A model generated the notes under the pieces. That model was not told the DNA's origin and did not search any database. It saw only the letters and a list, made by a program, of their open reading frames with translations. A DNA stretch of 20,000 nt from an uncultured virus (IMG/VR IMGVR_UViG_3300001460_000018) (lineage: Duplodnaviria; Heunggongvirae; Uroviricota; Caudoviricetes). Shown here one piece after another: positions 8,190 to 16,407 of the stretch. Positions within the stretch are counted from its first letter, which is position 1, and each line of letters opens with the position of its first letter. Made by a program: the position numbers and the translations under genes. The stretch is from positions 56,226 through 76,225 of the IMG/VR virus record IMGVR_UViG_3300001460_000018. The stretch is one strand, 5' to 3'.

Positions 8190-9581
8190 ATGATTAAAAA
8201 CATCCTAAACGAGATTGCTTCAGAATCATCCACGAATAAAAAAATGGATATTCTGAAAACTTACAAAGACAATGAAATTCTAAAAGCTGTCTTGTATTTA
8301 GCAGAGTCAAAAAGAGTAAAATTCTACATCAAGCAAATTCCTGAATACTCAGAGAATACTGGTGAACTAAGTTTAAAAAATGCTATAACTGAACTCTATC
8401 AAATATATAAGAGAAACGTGACTGGTAAAGATGCAAGTAATTTTCTTAGTAATTTATTATCTAAAGTTTCTGAAGATAATGCATATGTTATTGAAAGAAT
8501 TATAGAAAAAGATGTAAAGATCGGCATGGGCTCAACTAATATTAATAAAATATTAGGAAAGAATTTTATTGAAAAGACTCCATATATGGGAGCTGTTGCA
8601 TTTAAAGAATCTATCGCTAAAGATATTTTAAGTACAAGTAATGGAGCAGTATCCGATGTTAAGATGGATGGAAGATATTGTAATGCATTAATTGACGGTG
8701 GAACAATTAGATTAGAATCAAGAGGAGGAGAACCAAGTTACTTAGAAGGATCAAAATTCTTAAATGAATTAAAAGAATTTAATGATAACATTGTTTTGAA
8801 TGGTGAACTTACTATGGATAATGTTACTAGGTATGAATCTAATGGTATTATTGCTTCATGTATTTCAATCGGGAAAAAGCGAACTGAAGGTAAAGATATT
8901 GATAAAGAACTTATCAAGTTTAGCAAAAAACATAAAATGAGCTTACAAGATGCGTTAGACCGTATCGTGTTTACTGTATGGGATTGCATAACACCTGATG
9001 AATATGCGGATAATAAGTCAGATACAGTATACTCAGTAAGACTTAATACACTACATAAACTAATATCAACATATAATCCTATAATGATTAGGTTAGTTGA
9101 ATCTAAACAAGTTAATTCATATAGTGAAGCTGTTGAACATTTTCTTGAATGTTTAAACAGAGGAGAGGAAGGTACAATTCTTAAATCATTGAACGGTGCA
9201 TGGAAAGATGGAAAGCCTAAATGGCAATGTAAAATGAAATTAGAAATGGATCTTGATATGGAAATTATAGGTTTTAATTTAGGTACACCTGGATCTAAAA
9301 ACGAAAACCTAATATCATCTGTCACTGTTCAATCATCTGATGGAATTGTAAAAACTAGTCCAGCTGGAATGTCAGAAGATGATATGGAATATGTAACTGC
9401 TAACCAACAAGATTTATTAGGTAAGATTATTAAAGTAAAATGTTCAGGATTATCTGAAAATAGTAAAGGGTCTAAATCATTACTTCACCCAGTGTTTATT
9501 GAAATAAGAGATGATAAATCAACTGCAGATTCTTATGATGATATGTTACAAATTGAGAATATGAAAAAGAAATTATCTTAA
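8190..9581 (+). CDS. ATP-dependent DNA ligase (T4 gp30-like)
   Basis: KMDGRY (motif I), LNGEL, VWD, EEGTILK, KMK and C-terminal HPVFIEIRDDK. Confidence 0.93.
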   Translation: MIKNILNEIASESSTNKKMDILKTYKDNEILKAVLYLAESKRVKFYIKQIPEYSENTGELSLKNAITELYQIYKRNVTGKDASNFLSNLLSKVSEDNAYVIERIIEKDVKIGMGSTNINKILGKNFIEKTPYMGAVAFKESIAKDILSTSNGAVSDVKMDGRYCNALIDGGTIRLESRGGEPSYLEGSKFLNELKEFNDNIVLNGELTMDNVTRYESNGIIASCISIGKKRTEGKDIDKELIKFSKKHKMSLQDALDRIVFTVWDCITPDEYADNKSDTVYSVRLNTLHKLISTYNPIMIRLVESKQVNSYSEAVEHFLECLNRGEEGTILKSLNGAWKDGKPKWQCKMKLEMDLDMEIIGFNLGTPGSKNENLISSVTVQSSDGIVKTSPAGMSEDDMEYVTANQQDLLGKIIKVKCSGLSENSKGSKSLLHPVFIEIRDDKSTADSYDDMLQIENMKKKLS

Positions 9582-9601
9582 AAACCAATAAATAATTTAA
9601 T

Positions 9602-9811
9602 ATGAATTACACACTCTATGAAAAAACAATAAAAGAGATTCCAAACGATTGGGAACTAGGAAAAACACTAAGATCTTTAATCCCATTTAGTATAAGTAAA
9701 CTTGTTCCTAATGATAGGGAATTAGGAACTCTTTGTAGGGCAGATGCTTTCTTTTTCAAAAAGAAGAAATACTTAAAGCTCATTGAATGGCCTAGCGAAG
9801 TAACTATTTAA
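9602..9811 (+). CDS. Small hypothetical protein with duplicated PNDxELG motif
   Basis: IPNDWELGKTLR and VPNDRELGTLCR repeats. Confidence 0.65.
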   Translation: MNYTLYEKTIKEIPNDWELGKTLRSLIPFSISKLVPNDRELGTLCRADAFFFKKKKYLKLIEWPSEVTI

Positions 9812-9815
9812 AATA

Positions 9816-9864
9816 TAAAATCCCTGCATTTTTAAAATATGTTTTTAAATCTGCAGGGATTTTA
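9816..9864 (+). terminator. Long hairpin, probable intrinsic terminator
   Basis: Perfect 13-bp stem TAAAATCCCTGCA / TGCAGGGATTTTA with further inner pairing (TTTAAAA/TTTTAAA). Confidence 0.7.
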
Positions 9865-9919
9865 GTGTAATCACGTTTTTAAATATTAGCAATAATTAAA
9901 TATAGTAAATAAGATATGT

Positions 9920-10909
9920 ATGAAAAGTTTAAAGTATTTCATAAATGAATTAGTTTCATATAATATGCCAATGCAAATTATAATGAGAGGTAACATAGGA
10001 CTTACCTCAAAAGAAGAAGACTTTACAAAGAAAGCAATGAAACGCCTTTATGAAAAATACATTAGGCTAGTTCTTATTAAAAAAGAAAGCAATTATAATA
10101 CTGATGATGATGTTCCAGAAAATAGGAAAAATAAAATATCATATGAATATCCTATTTTAAATTTTACATCTACTCCTAATGACTTTATTGAATCTGATGA
10201 TGCTGTTATCTTTAACAAAATAGATGATTATGCAATAAGCGCAGATAAGAAAGTATTTTCAAAAGAGCTTGGTGATACTTGTGAATGTATTCCTAAAACC
10301 GTATATTCATTAGATGATATTGAAGATCTTACATTACCTATTATTGCTAAACCTGCTGAAGGATTTAGCGCACAGGGGATTGAAAAATTTGATTCATATG
10401 AAGATGCTAAAAAATCTGATTTAGAATTTGATATTTGGTGCGAAGCTAAAGATCTTGATAGAGAATTTAGAGCATTTATCATGAATGGCAAAATTCTTTT
10501 AATTGCTGAGAGAATAACAAATACACAAAATGATAAATCAGTTGGTGAAAAAGACGCTGAAGAAAAAATAGATTTAATTTATATTGACCAAGATATGGAT
10601 AAATTTCCATACATGGATAAAATAAAAAAGATTCAAAAGCAATTAGAAACCAAAGTTAAATTAGATTTTTATAATATTGACCTAATGCTTGATAATGATG
10701 GTGAGTTATGGGTTCCTGAAATTAATGGAGCTCCAGGGATAGGCCCATCACATTTTAAAGTTCTATATGAAGCATGGCTAAAAATGGCATATAATGCAAA
10801 AATGTCAAATGATGTTAATAAAGAACTTACAGATATACAAAATAAGCATAGGAAAGATATGAAAAACGAATATCCTAAAGAATATAAGTCATCATTATCA
10901 CCTTTATAA
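9920..10909 (+). CDS. ATP-grasp (RimK-like) ligase with capsid-targeting-like N-terminus
   Basis: IPKTVY, PIIAKPAEGFSAQGIEKF, REFRAFIMNGK and IDLM...EINGAPG motifs; starts MKSLKYFINE. Confidence 0.8.
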   Translation: MKSLKYFINELVSYNMPMQIIMRGNIGLTSKEEDFTKKAMKRLYEKYIRLVLIKKESNYNTDDDVPENRKNKISYEYPILNFTSTPNDFIESDDAVIFNKIDDYAISADKKVFSKELGDTCECIPKTVYSLDDIEDLTLPIIAKPAEGFSAQGIEKFDSYEDAKKSDLEFDIWCEAKDLDREFRAFIMNGKILLIAERITNTQNDKSVGEKDAEEKIDLIYIDQDMDKFPYMDKIKKIQKQLETKVKLDFYNIDLMLDNDGELWVPEINGAPGIGPSHFKVLYEAWLKMAYNAKMSNDVNKELTDIQNKHRKDMKNEYPKEYKSSLSPL

Positions 10910-10920
10910 ATAGAATTATA

Positions 10921-11067
10921 ATGGAAAGCAATCACTGGAAAGGCAGATACATATCATCATGTAATGGAAACTATATATTACAACCAAACGGTAATGTAAT
11001 AATTTGTGATGATACTTATGTATATGACGAATTTAAAGAACCTGTTAATAATATAGAAAATGATTAA
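10921..11067 (+). CDS. Small hypothetical protein (48 aa)
   Basis: Not in the track: MESNHWKGRYISSCNGNYILQPNGNVIICDDTYVYDEFKEPVNNIEND. Fills the gap and overlaps gcvH via ATGATTAA. Confidence 0.6.
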   Translation: MESNHWKGRYISSCNGNYILQPNGNVIICDDTYVYDEFKEPVNNIEND

Positions 11068-11431
11068 AGAAGATTTATTATACACTGAAGACCATGAATG
11101 GATTCAGATAGAAGATGGTGTGGCTATTATAGGAATTACCTATTTTGCTCAAGATCAGTTAGGAGATATCGTTTATGTTGAAATAGAAAATGAGGCAGCA
11201 GTTTCTGGTGAAGTAATGGGATCAATAGAGGCAGTTAAAACAGTAAGTGATATATATGCTCCTATAACTGGAAATATTATAGAAATAAATGATAGCCTAG
11301 AAGATATGCCTGACCAAGTAAACAATGATCCTTACGGTACAGGGTGGTTAGCAAAGATAAGTATAGATGATGAAAGCGAAATAGGCTCTTTACTTACAGC
11401 TTCTCAATATAAAGAATTGGTAGGATCATAA
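11060..11431 (+). CDS. gcvH: Glycine cleavage system H protein (lipoyl carrier)
   Basis: YTEDHEW, GITYFAQDQLGDIVYVE, IEAVKTVSDIYAP (lipoyl Lys) and VNNDPYGTGWL. Confidence 0.93.
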   Translation: MIKEDLLYTEDHEWIQIEDGVAIIGITYFAQDQLGDIVYVEIENEAAVSGEVMGSIEAVKTVSDIYAPITGNIIEINDSLEDMPDQVNNDPYGTGWLAKISIDDESEIGSLLTASQYKELVGS

Positions 11432-11434
11432 TAT

Positions 11435-11734
11435 ATGAAAAGCATTTACATAATATATAATGAAGAGCGTGATAGGTTTAAGATAGGATTTTCAAAAAAT
11501 CCGTTAAAGAGATTAAAGGCTTTACAGACTGGTAATGATGATGTTATTAAATTATATTATGAAAGAGAAGTAAAGCACTATTCAAAAATAGAAGCATATC
11601 TTAAAAGATACTATAAAGAGTACAAAATACAAGGAGAGTGGTTTGAGTGTCCTTTAAGTTTTTCAGCTCTTGATGACATGATTACATCAGCAGATAGACG
11701 TTTTGAATCTTTAATAGATAATCCTTTCTTTTAA
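11435..11734 (+). CDS. GIY-YIG family protein (T5orf172/MUG113-like)
   Basis: IYII...FKIGFSKNPLKRLKALQTGN...IEAYL...GEWF. Confidence 0.8.
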   Translation: MKSIYIIYNEERDRFKIGFSKNPLKRLKALQTGNDDVIKLYYEREVKHYSKIEAYLKRYYKEYKIQGEWFECPLSFSALDDMITSADRRFESLIDNPFF

Positions 11735-11736
11735 TT

Positions 11737-11766
11737 TTTGTATCATAAATAATTTTATTATATTTA
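11737..11766 (+). promoter_or_regulatory. Bacteroidota sigma-A-type promoter
   Basis: TTTG (11737-11740), 18-nt spacer, TATATTTA (11759-11766); leader CCAATAA resembles that of the sigma gene. Confidence 0.45.
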
Positions 11767-11787
11767 AAGTAACCAATAACATTAATC

Positions 11788-12390
11788 ATGACAACTTTAA
11801 ATAGGCTCGCCATCATTTTCATGGCTTCAATAATACTATCAAACTTAACAATTCCTAAAAGAATAATAACTGATATTGAACCTGGTGTATTTTATAAAGA
11901 TAGCATATCTTTAAATAAAACAGATTTTATTAAGTTAAAAAAACAAAAGACTTTTAAGGAGTTTCTTGATAAATTATCTTTTAGAGAATCTAGCAGAAAC
12001 TGGAAAGTAATAAACAGGTTTGGATATGCTGGCAAATATCAAATGGGAAAGGCTGCTCTAACTGATCTTAACTACACTCTTAACATTGATTCATTCAGAA
12101 TTAATCCTAATACATTTCCTGAACATGTACAAGACTCTCTGGTTGTTGAGTTGTTTAAATTAAATAGAAAAAGAATTAAAACATATATCAAAAAATATGT
12201 AGGGAAAGTTATAAATGGGGTATATGTTACTGAAAGTGGAATACTTGCAGCAGCCCATTTAGTAGGCGGAGGTAACGTACGAAAATGGCTTAAAAGCAAT
12301 GGAAAGAAATGTCCTACTGATGGCAACGGAACTAGCATAGAAGAATATTTAATATTATTTTCAAATTATAAAATAAGCATACACTCTTAA
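11788..12390 (+). CDS. Lysozyme-fold peptidoglycan hydrolase / lytic transglycosylase with N-terminal signal anchor
   Basis: Catalytic-type FRESS, GYAGKYQMG and SGILAAAHLVG motifs; hydrophobic LAIIFMASIIL N-terminus. Confidence 0.7.
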   Translation: MTTLNRLAIIFMASIILSNLTIPKRIITDIEPGVFYKDSISLNKTDFIKLKKQKTFKEFLDKLSFRESSRNWKVINRFGYAGKYQMGKAALTDLNYTLNIDSFRINPNTFPEHVQDSLVVELFKLNRKRIKTYIKKYVGKVINGVYVTESGILAAAHLVGGGNVRKWLKSNGKKCPTDGNGTSIEEYLILFSNYKISIHS

Positions 12391-12399
12391 CTAATAAAA

Positions 12400-12684
12400 A
12401 TGAAAGAAACTGTTATTAAATTAGCAAAAAGCGGATGGAACATATCAGATACTAAAAATGGCCCAATTGCATGGTTATATAAAGATCAGGTTACTAAAGA
12501 ACATCGTACAGATATTAAGCATATTTTATCGGATCCAGCTCTTTTAGAATGTTCATACACTGATACTCTATCGGTTATACTTAACTTTCCTATTGATGGC
12601 ATTAAAGAACATTTATTAAAGAATAGGTTATTGCCTAATAATTACAATGAATTACAAATGACTGCAACATATATTAAATTATGA
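12400..12684 (+). CDS. Hypothetical protein
   Basis: 94-aa ORF with ATGA overlap into the next gene. Confidence 0.7.
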   Translation: MKETVIKLAKSGWNISDTKNGPIAWLYKDQVTKEHRTDIKHILSDPALLECSYTDTLSVILNFPIDGIKEHLLKNRLLPNNYNELQMTATYIKL

Positions 12685-13088
12685 GACCTACTTGGGATGA
12701 AACTTGGATGAATTTTACAAAAGAAATTGCCAAGAGAAGCGTTGATGCTAAATATAAGATTGCGTGCGTAATCATAAATAAAGATAACACAAGAGTACTT
12801 TCAGTTGGGTATAATGGAGATGAACATGGTGGATCTAATGAACGTGAAAGTATGGATACTGGAGGTAGCGGATTTATTCATGCCGAAGAGAATGCTTTAA
12901 TAAAATTAGATTATAGTGAACCATATAAAAAGGTATACATTACACATAGCCCATGTAAGTCTTGTGCAAAGAAATTAATTCAAGCAAAGGTAAATGAAAT
13001 TATTTATGAAAATGTATATTGCCCAGATTCATTAGATTGGTTGATGAATCATCCTATAGGAAAAAACATAAAAATTAGAAAATTATAA
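12681..13088 (+). CDS. dCMP deaminase (ComEB/cytidine deaminase family)
   Basis: RPTWDE, GYNG, HAEENAL and SPCKSC zinc motifs. Confidence 0.9.
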   Translation: MRPTWDETWMNFTKEIAKRSVDAKYKIACVIINKDNTRVLSVGYNGDEHGGSNERESMDTGGSGFIHAEENALIKLDYSEPYKKVYITHSPCKSCAKKLIQAKVNEIIYENVYCPDSLDWLMNHPIGKNIKIRKL

Positions 13089-13090
13089 TT

Positions 13091-13348
13091 ATGGACATAA
13101 GAGTAACCAAACATTTTCAAGGAGTACTTAAGCATAACAAAATTCTCTGTGTTACATTCACTAGAGATAATGAAGATCCTTTAGAATATTCATTTGGGTT
13201 AGCGCCTTCATATGATGATATTCCAAAAAACGAATTGCCTACATTTCAAAACTTGCTTATAAATGGATTAATGATGGATGAGCAAATAAAAAATATTAAA
13301 ACCGTATCAGTATTAATAAAATATCCTAAGCCTAACAGATTATTTTAA
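13091..13348 (+). CDS. Hypothetical protein
   Basis: 85-aa ORF, tightly packed with neighbours. Confidence 0.7.
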   Translation: MDIRVTKHFQGVLKHNKILCVTFTRDNEDPLEYSFGLAPSYDDIPKNELPTFQNLLINGLMMDEQIKNIKTVSVLIKYPKPNRLF

Positions 13349-13357
13349 TAGCATCTT

Positions 13358-13367
13358 TAAATAAATA
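13358..13367 (+). promoter_or_regulatory. Putative late promoter TAAATAAATA
   Basis: Same motif as upstream of the sheath gene; precedes two genes with capsid-targeting-like N-termini. Confidence 0.5.
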
Positions 13368-13372
13368 ATAAT

Positions 13373-13759
13373 ATGAAGAGTTATAAACAAATAATGAATG
13401 AAAAAGCTGAAGGTCATATATCTAGAAAGATTAAGTTTGATATTGATATAGAGTCAACATCACATGCAATTAAAAGACTAAATAGAAAAGATGAGCAAGG
13501 AAATTCTTCATATGAACCTGTTACATTTAAAGAAGTTAATTCTATCATAAGCAAGGCAACTGAAATACTCATAAGAGATTTAGTTAATGACACTACAGAT
13601 ATTAACAAAGATAGGGTTATTTTGCAAAGAGAAGGCGATGGACTAACAGTTGTAGGAATAATGGAAAAGAAAGGAAATGAACTATCATTTGTTGTTATTA
13701 CTTTATATAGAGGAGCTGAATTTAGAGTAGGTCGAAATCAAAAAATCATTAAAGTATGA
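13373..13759 (+). CDS. Hypothetical putative internal head protein, possible RelE/DUF4258-like fold
   Basis: Starts MKSYKQIMNE; contains TSHAIKRLNR and FVVITLY. Confidence 0.65.
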   Translation: MKSYKQIMNEKAEGHISRKIKFDIDIESTSHAIKRLNRKDEQGNSSYEPVTFKEVNSIISKATEILIRDLVNDTTDINKDRVILQREGDGLTVVGIMEKKGNELSFVVITLYRGAEFRVGRNQKIIKV

Positions 13760-14286
13760 AGTACTTAAACGAATTTTATCAATCATATAAAGATTATAAA
13801 AACTCTAAATCTAAATTTGGAACTCCTGAAGATTTATTAGAAGATGCATTAATTAGTATAAATCCTGCATTACCTAATGGTAAAAAAGACATTGATAGCA
13901 TATCTGACGAATCTTCTGATAAAGGAATTAAGTTTAAGATAGTTATAGGTAAAGACGTAGTTCATATGTATAAAGTAGGTTCATATAGATATGAATGGGA
14001 ATTTTACCTAAATAAGCGCAAGTCAAGTAAATATGAAATAAGTAATTACTTTGCTGATAAGCTCTTATCTCCATATGAAAAGGTTTTAAGAAGCCTATTA
14101 AGCTATGATTTCACTACAGATTATATAGATAGTGGATCACAATATAAAAAAGCAACAGAATCTAATAATGAAAAGATTAAAGAATTTAATAAGCTATCAA
14201 AATCAGATAAGAATAAAGTAATTAAATCTTTAATCAAATCAATGCCTAATCAAGCAAATAGTATTAAAAGAATTTTCATAAGCTAA
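13756..14286 (+). CDS. Hypothetical putative internal head protein
   Basis: Starts MKYLNEF; ATGA overlap with the previous gene. Confidence 0.7.
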   Translation: MKYLNEFYQSYKDYKNSKSKFGTPEDLLEDALISINPALPNGKKDIDSISDESSDKGIKFKIVIGKDVVHMYKVGSYRYEWEFYLNKRKSSKYEISNYFADKLLSPYEKVLRSLLSYDFTTDYIDSGSQYKKATESNNEKIKEFNKLSKSDKNKVIKSLIKSMPNQANSIKRIFIS

Positions 14287-14300
14287 GTACTATAATTTCT

Positions 14301-14326
14301 TAAACAATTATCTTAATATTTGTATT
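14301..14326 (+). promoter_or_regulatory. Putative phage-sigma promoter TAAACAA-N13-TGTATT
   Basis: Third copy of the recurring motif, about 27 nt upstream of ATG 14354. Confidence 0.5.
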
Positions 14327-14353
14327 AAAATAATAACTAAAATAAATTATATT

Positions 14354-14569
14354 ATGAAAGTATTTGTAACTATTGATGATGATGGCCAATTGTCTGCTGC
14401 ATCAACTAAAAACCCAATTGAGTGTATGGAGCTAATTGAAAAAGATAAGTCTCTATCAAGTACATTTGATAAAAATGGGAATCAGCCAGAAGATATGATT
14501 AATTTTGAAGATTTCTTAACTCAATTTATTAGCACAGGAAAGGCTAACATTATTGAAATAGTAGAGTAA
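14354..14569 (+). CDS. Hypothetical protein
   Basis: 71-aa ORF between a candidate promoter and a terminator. Confidence 0.7.
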   Translation: MKVFVTIDDDGQLSAASTKNPIECMELIEKDKSLSSTFDKNGNQPEDMINFEDFLTQFISTGKANIIEIVE

Positions 14570-14570
14570 A

Positions 14571-14610
14571 ATAAAAGAAACCCTCAGAGTAGCGAATTCT
14601 GAGGGTTTTA
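14571..14610. terminator. Bidirectional intrinsic terminator between convergent genes
   Basis: AAACCCTCAGA / TCTGAGGGTTT stem with T-rich tails on both strands. Confidence 0.8.
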
Positions 14611-14649
14611 ATAGCCGAAACTATACACGGTCCTAAAAACGTATTTCGT

Positions 14650-15372
14650 TTATTCTAATAATTCTTTTGCTCTCTGTGTAAATACAATAACATCATTTAC
14701 TTTATATCCCATTTCTCTGGTAATATCTTCAAGATTCTGATAACCTTTTTCAAGATTTTTTGGCCAATCACCCTTTCCTTTCATCTTTTCTCTATTTGAT
14801 TTAATTGAGTGATTAGATGAAGGCTGTTCAAATGAATACTCTCCATATTTAGAAAGATCTAAGGTTTTCATATGATCATCAACAGATTTCTTATATGAAA
14901 CATATTCCTTTTCAAGAGTGCTTAATAATTTATTAAATTCTGGGCTATCAACTTTAGTTCTCTTACCCCAATAATTAGTAACTCCGTGCCAGTTATCATC
15001 ATCTATTGCTCCTTTAAGAGATTTTAATTCTGACAATGCTTGGTCATATCTAAACTCTGTTCTATTAATCTTAGGAAGATACTTCGTTAATATCTTTTTA
15101 ATAAAATCATCAAGCAATTCCTCAAGAGCATTTTCAATCTGATCAGGATGGTTATATTTACCTATTCCTTTACTAGAAAGAGCACGCGGAAAATCACCAT
15201 CATTATAATATCTATAATATTGTCTAAATATTGAATCTTTCTTATTCTTTTCACCTTTTCCTAAAATGTCTTTATCATATAGCCATGACATAAGTCCATC
15301 TATTTGATTAATCTTTCCAGACCAGGCTCTTCCTTTTTTAGCCTCGTTTATAAATTCATTTAAATCTCTCAT
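14650..15372 (-). CDS. Hypothetical putative internal head protein
   Basis: 240 aa, starts MRDLNEFINEA. Confidence 0.75.
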   Translation of the reverse strand: MRDLNEFINEAKKGRAWSGKINQIDGLMSWLYDKDILGKGEKNKKDSIFRQYYRYYNDGDFPRALSSKGIGKYNHPDQIENALEELLDDFIKKILTKYLPKINRTEFRYDQALSELKSLKGAIDDDNWHGVTNYWGKRTKVDSPEFNKLLSTLEKEYVSYKKSVDDHMKTLDLSKYGEYSFEQPSSNHSIKSNREKMKGKGDWPKNLEKGYQNLEDITREMGYKVNDVIVFTQRAKELLE

Positions 15373-15682
15373 ATTATTTCTTTTCTTTTGTTTTATTTTT
15401 TTCTAGGAGTTATTTATTCCAGTTTTCAGACTCGTTTAAAAATTCATTTAAAACTTTTTGGCGGACTATATGGTTTCCTAAAATAAATTCTATGTTATCA
15501 TCAATATCCTCTCTGGTATTAATGTCACCGCTGTCATATATATCTTCCAGTTCTCTTTTTAAGTTATTGAATTGTGTTTTAGTTTTTATAATATTTTTTG
15601 GTAATTGTTGTATAATTTCTATAACAGCAGCATTAAATGTTTTTCTATCCATCTTACTTGCTTCGTTTAAAAATTCGTTTAA
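15344..15682. repeat. Three near-identical 20-bp direct repeats encoding LNEF(I/L)NE
   Basis: TCGTTTATAAATTCATTTAA (15344), TCGTTTAAAAATTCATTTAA (15432) and TCGTTTAAAAATTCGTTTAA (15663). Confidence 0.75.
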
Positions 15683-15691
15683 GTTTTTCAT
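15410..15691 (-). CDS. Hypothetical putative internal head protein
   Basis: 93 aa, starts MKNLNEFLNEA and ends VLNEFLNESENWNK. Confidence 0.75.
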   Translation of the reverse strand: MKNLNEFLNEASKMDRKTFNAAVIEIIQQLPKNIIKTKTQFNNLKRELEDIYDSGDINTREDIDDNIEFILGNHIVRQKVLNEFLNESENWNK

Positions 15692-15711
15692 AGCTTAAAA
15701 TCATTCTTTTA

Positions 15712-16206
15712 TTATTTAATTCGCTTATTCTTACTTTCAATAATATCATAGTATTCAAAACAATCACAAGTTGCATTATAGTTTACTTGATAAATCTCCC
15801 ATCTATTATTCCTTTCAAAAATATACCAATACATTGAATATCCACTACTATTTTTATTAGAGCGATAAAAGAGTTTACCTTTATATGGATATGGATCAAA
15901 TTCTGCATTAAGACCATGTACAGATTGATTTAGAAAAAATTCATTAAGGTTAACTTGTTTCTCTAACGGTTTAAAATAATCAGAGCTTATGCTTGATATT
16001 ATACTATCCCTTTCGTTTTTAGCTTCTTTATGATATGTAGAGATTTCAGCCTTAATAGCATCTTTAGCTCTGGATACTATAAATTCATCTGCCTTCCAAT
16101 AAAAGTTTATTACAACTGATATAGCAGCTGCTATAGTTAACATAGAAGCCCAATTAGATTTAATTGATGATAGTATATTTAATTTAGGCTTTTGTTCATT
16201 ACTCAT
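15712..16206 (-). CDS. Single-pass membrane protein (holin candidate)
   Basis: One transmembrane segment (WASMLTIAAAISVVINFYW) then a soluble domain; late motif TAAATAAATA at 16231-16240. Confidence 0.6.
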   Translation of the reverse strand: MSNEQKPKLNILSSIKSNWASMLTIAAAISVVINFYWKADEFIVSRAKDAIKAEISTYHKEAKNERDSIISSISSDYFKPLEKQVNLNEFFLNQSVHGLNAEFDPYPYKGKLFYRSNKNSSGYSMYWYIFERNNRWEIYQVNYNATCDCFEYYDIIESKNKRIK

Positions 16207-16358
16207 TATCTTAAGTTAATTTTACTAATATATTTATTTAGGATATTCAAATTTTATATAAATAAAATAAATAATCGTGATAATTATAGATCATTTATAA
16301 ATGATAAAAATGATTAAAAAATAATTAATATAATGTATTAATATTAAAGTTTCTTTTT

Positions 16359-16366
16359 TATATTTG
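16359..16366 (+). promoter_or_regulatory. Bacteroidota -7 element TATATTTG
   Basis: Consensus -7 box about 40 nt upstream of ATG 16408; the -33 box is not clear. Confidence 0.4.
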
Positions 16367-16407
16367 ATTTGTACTATTTAAAACATAAACAAAAAAATTA
16401 AACAACT

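Noticed and set aside
11435..11734. Homing endonuclease or intron
   Set aside because: Only a 99-aa catalytic-type domain with no DNA-binding tail, and the flanking genes are intact.
16290..16305. 16-bp perfect palindrome ATCATTTATAAATGAT, or an origin in the AT-rich gap
   Set aside because: Almost pure A/T context makes chance occurrence plausible, and no iterons are seen.
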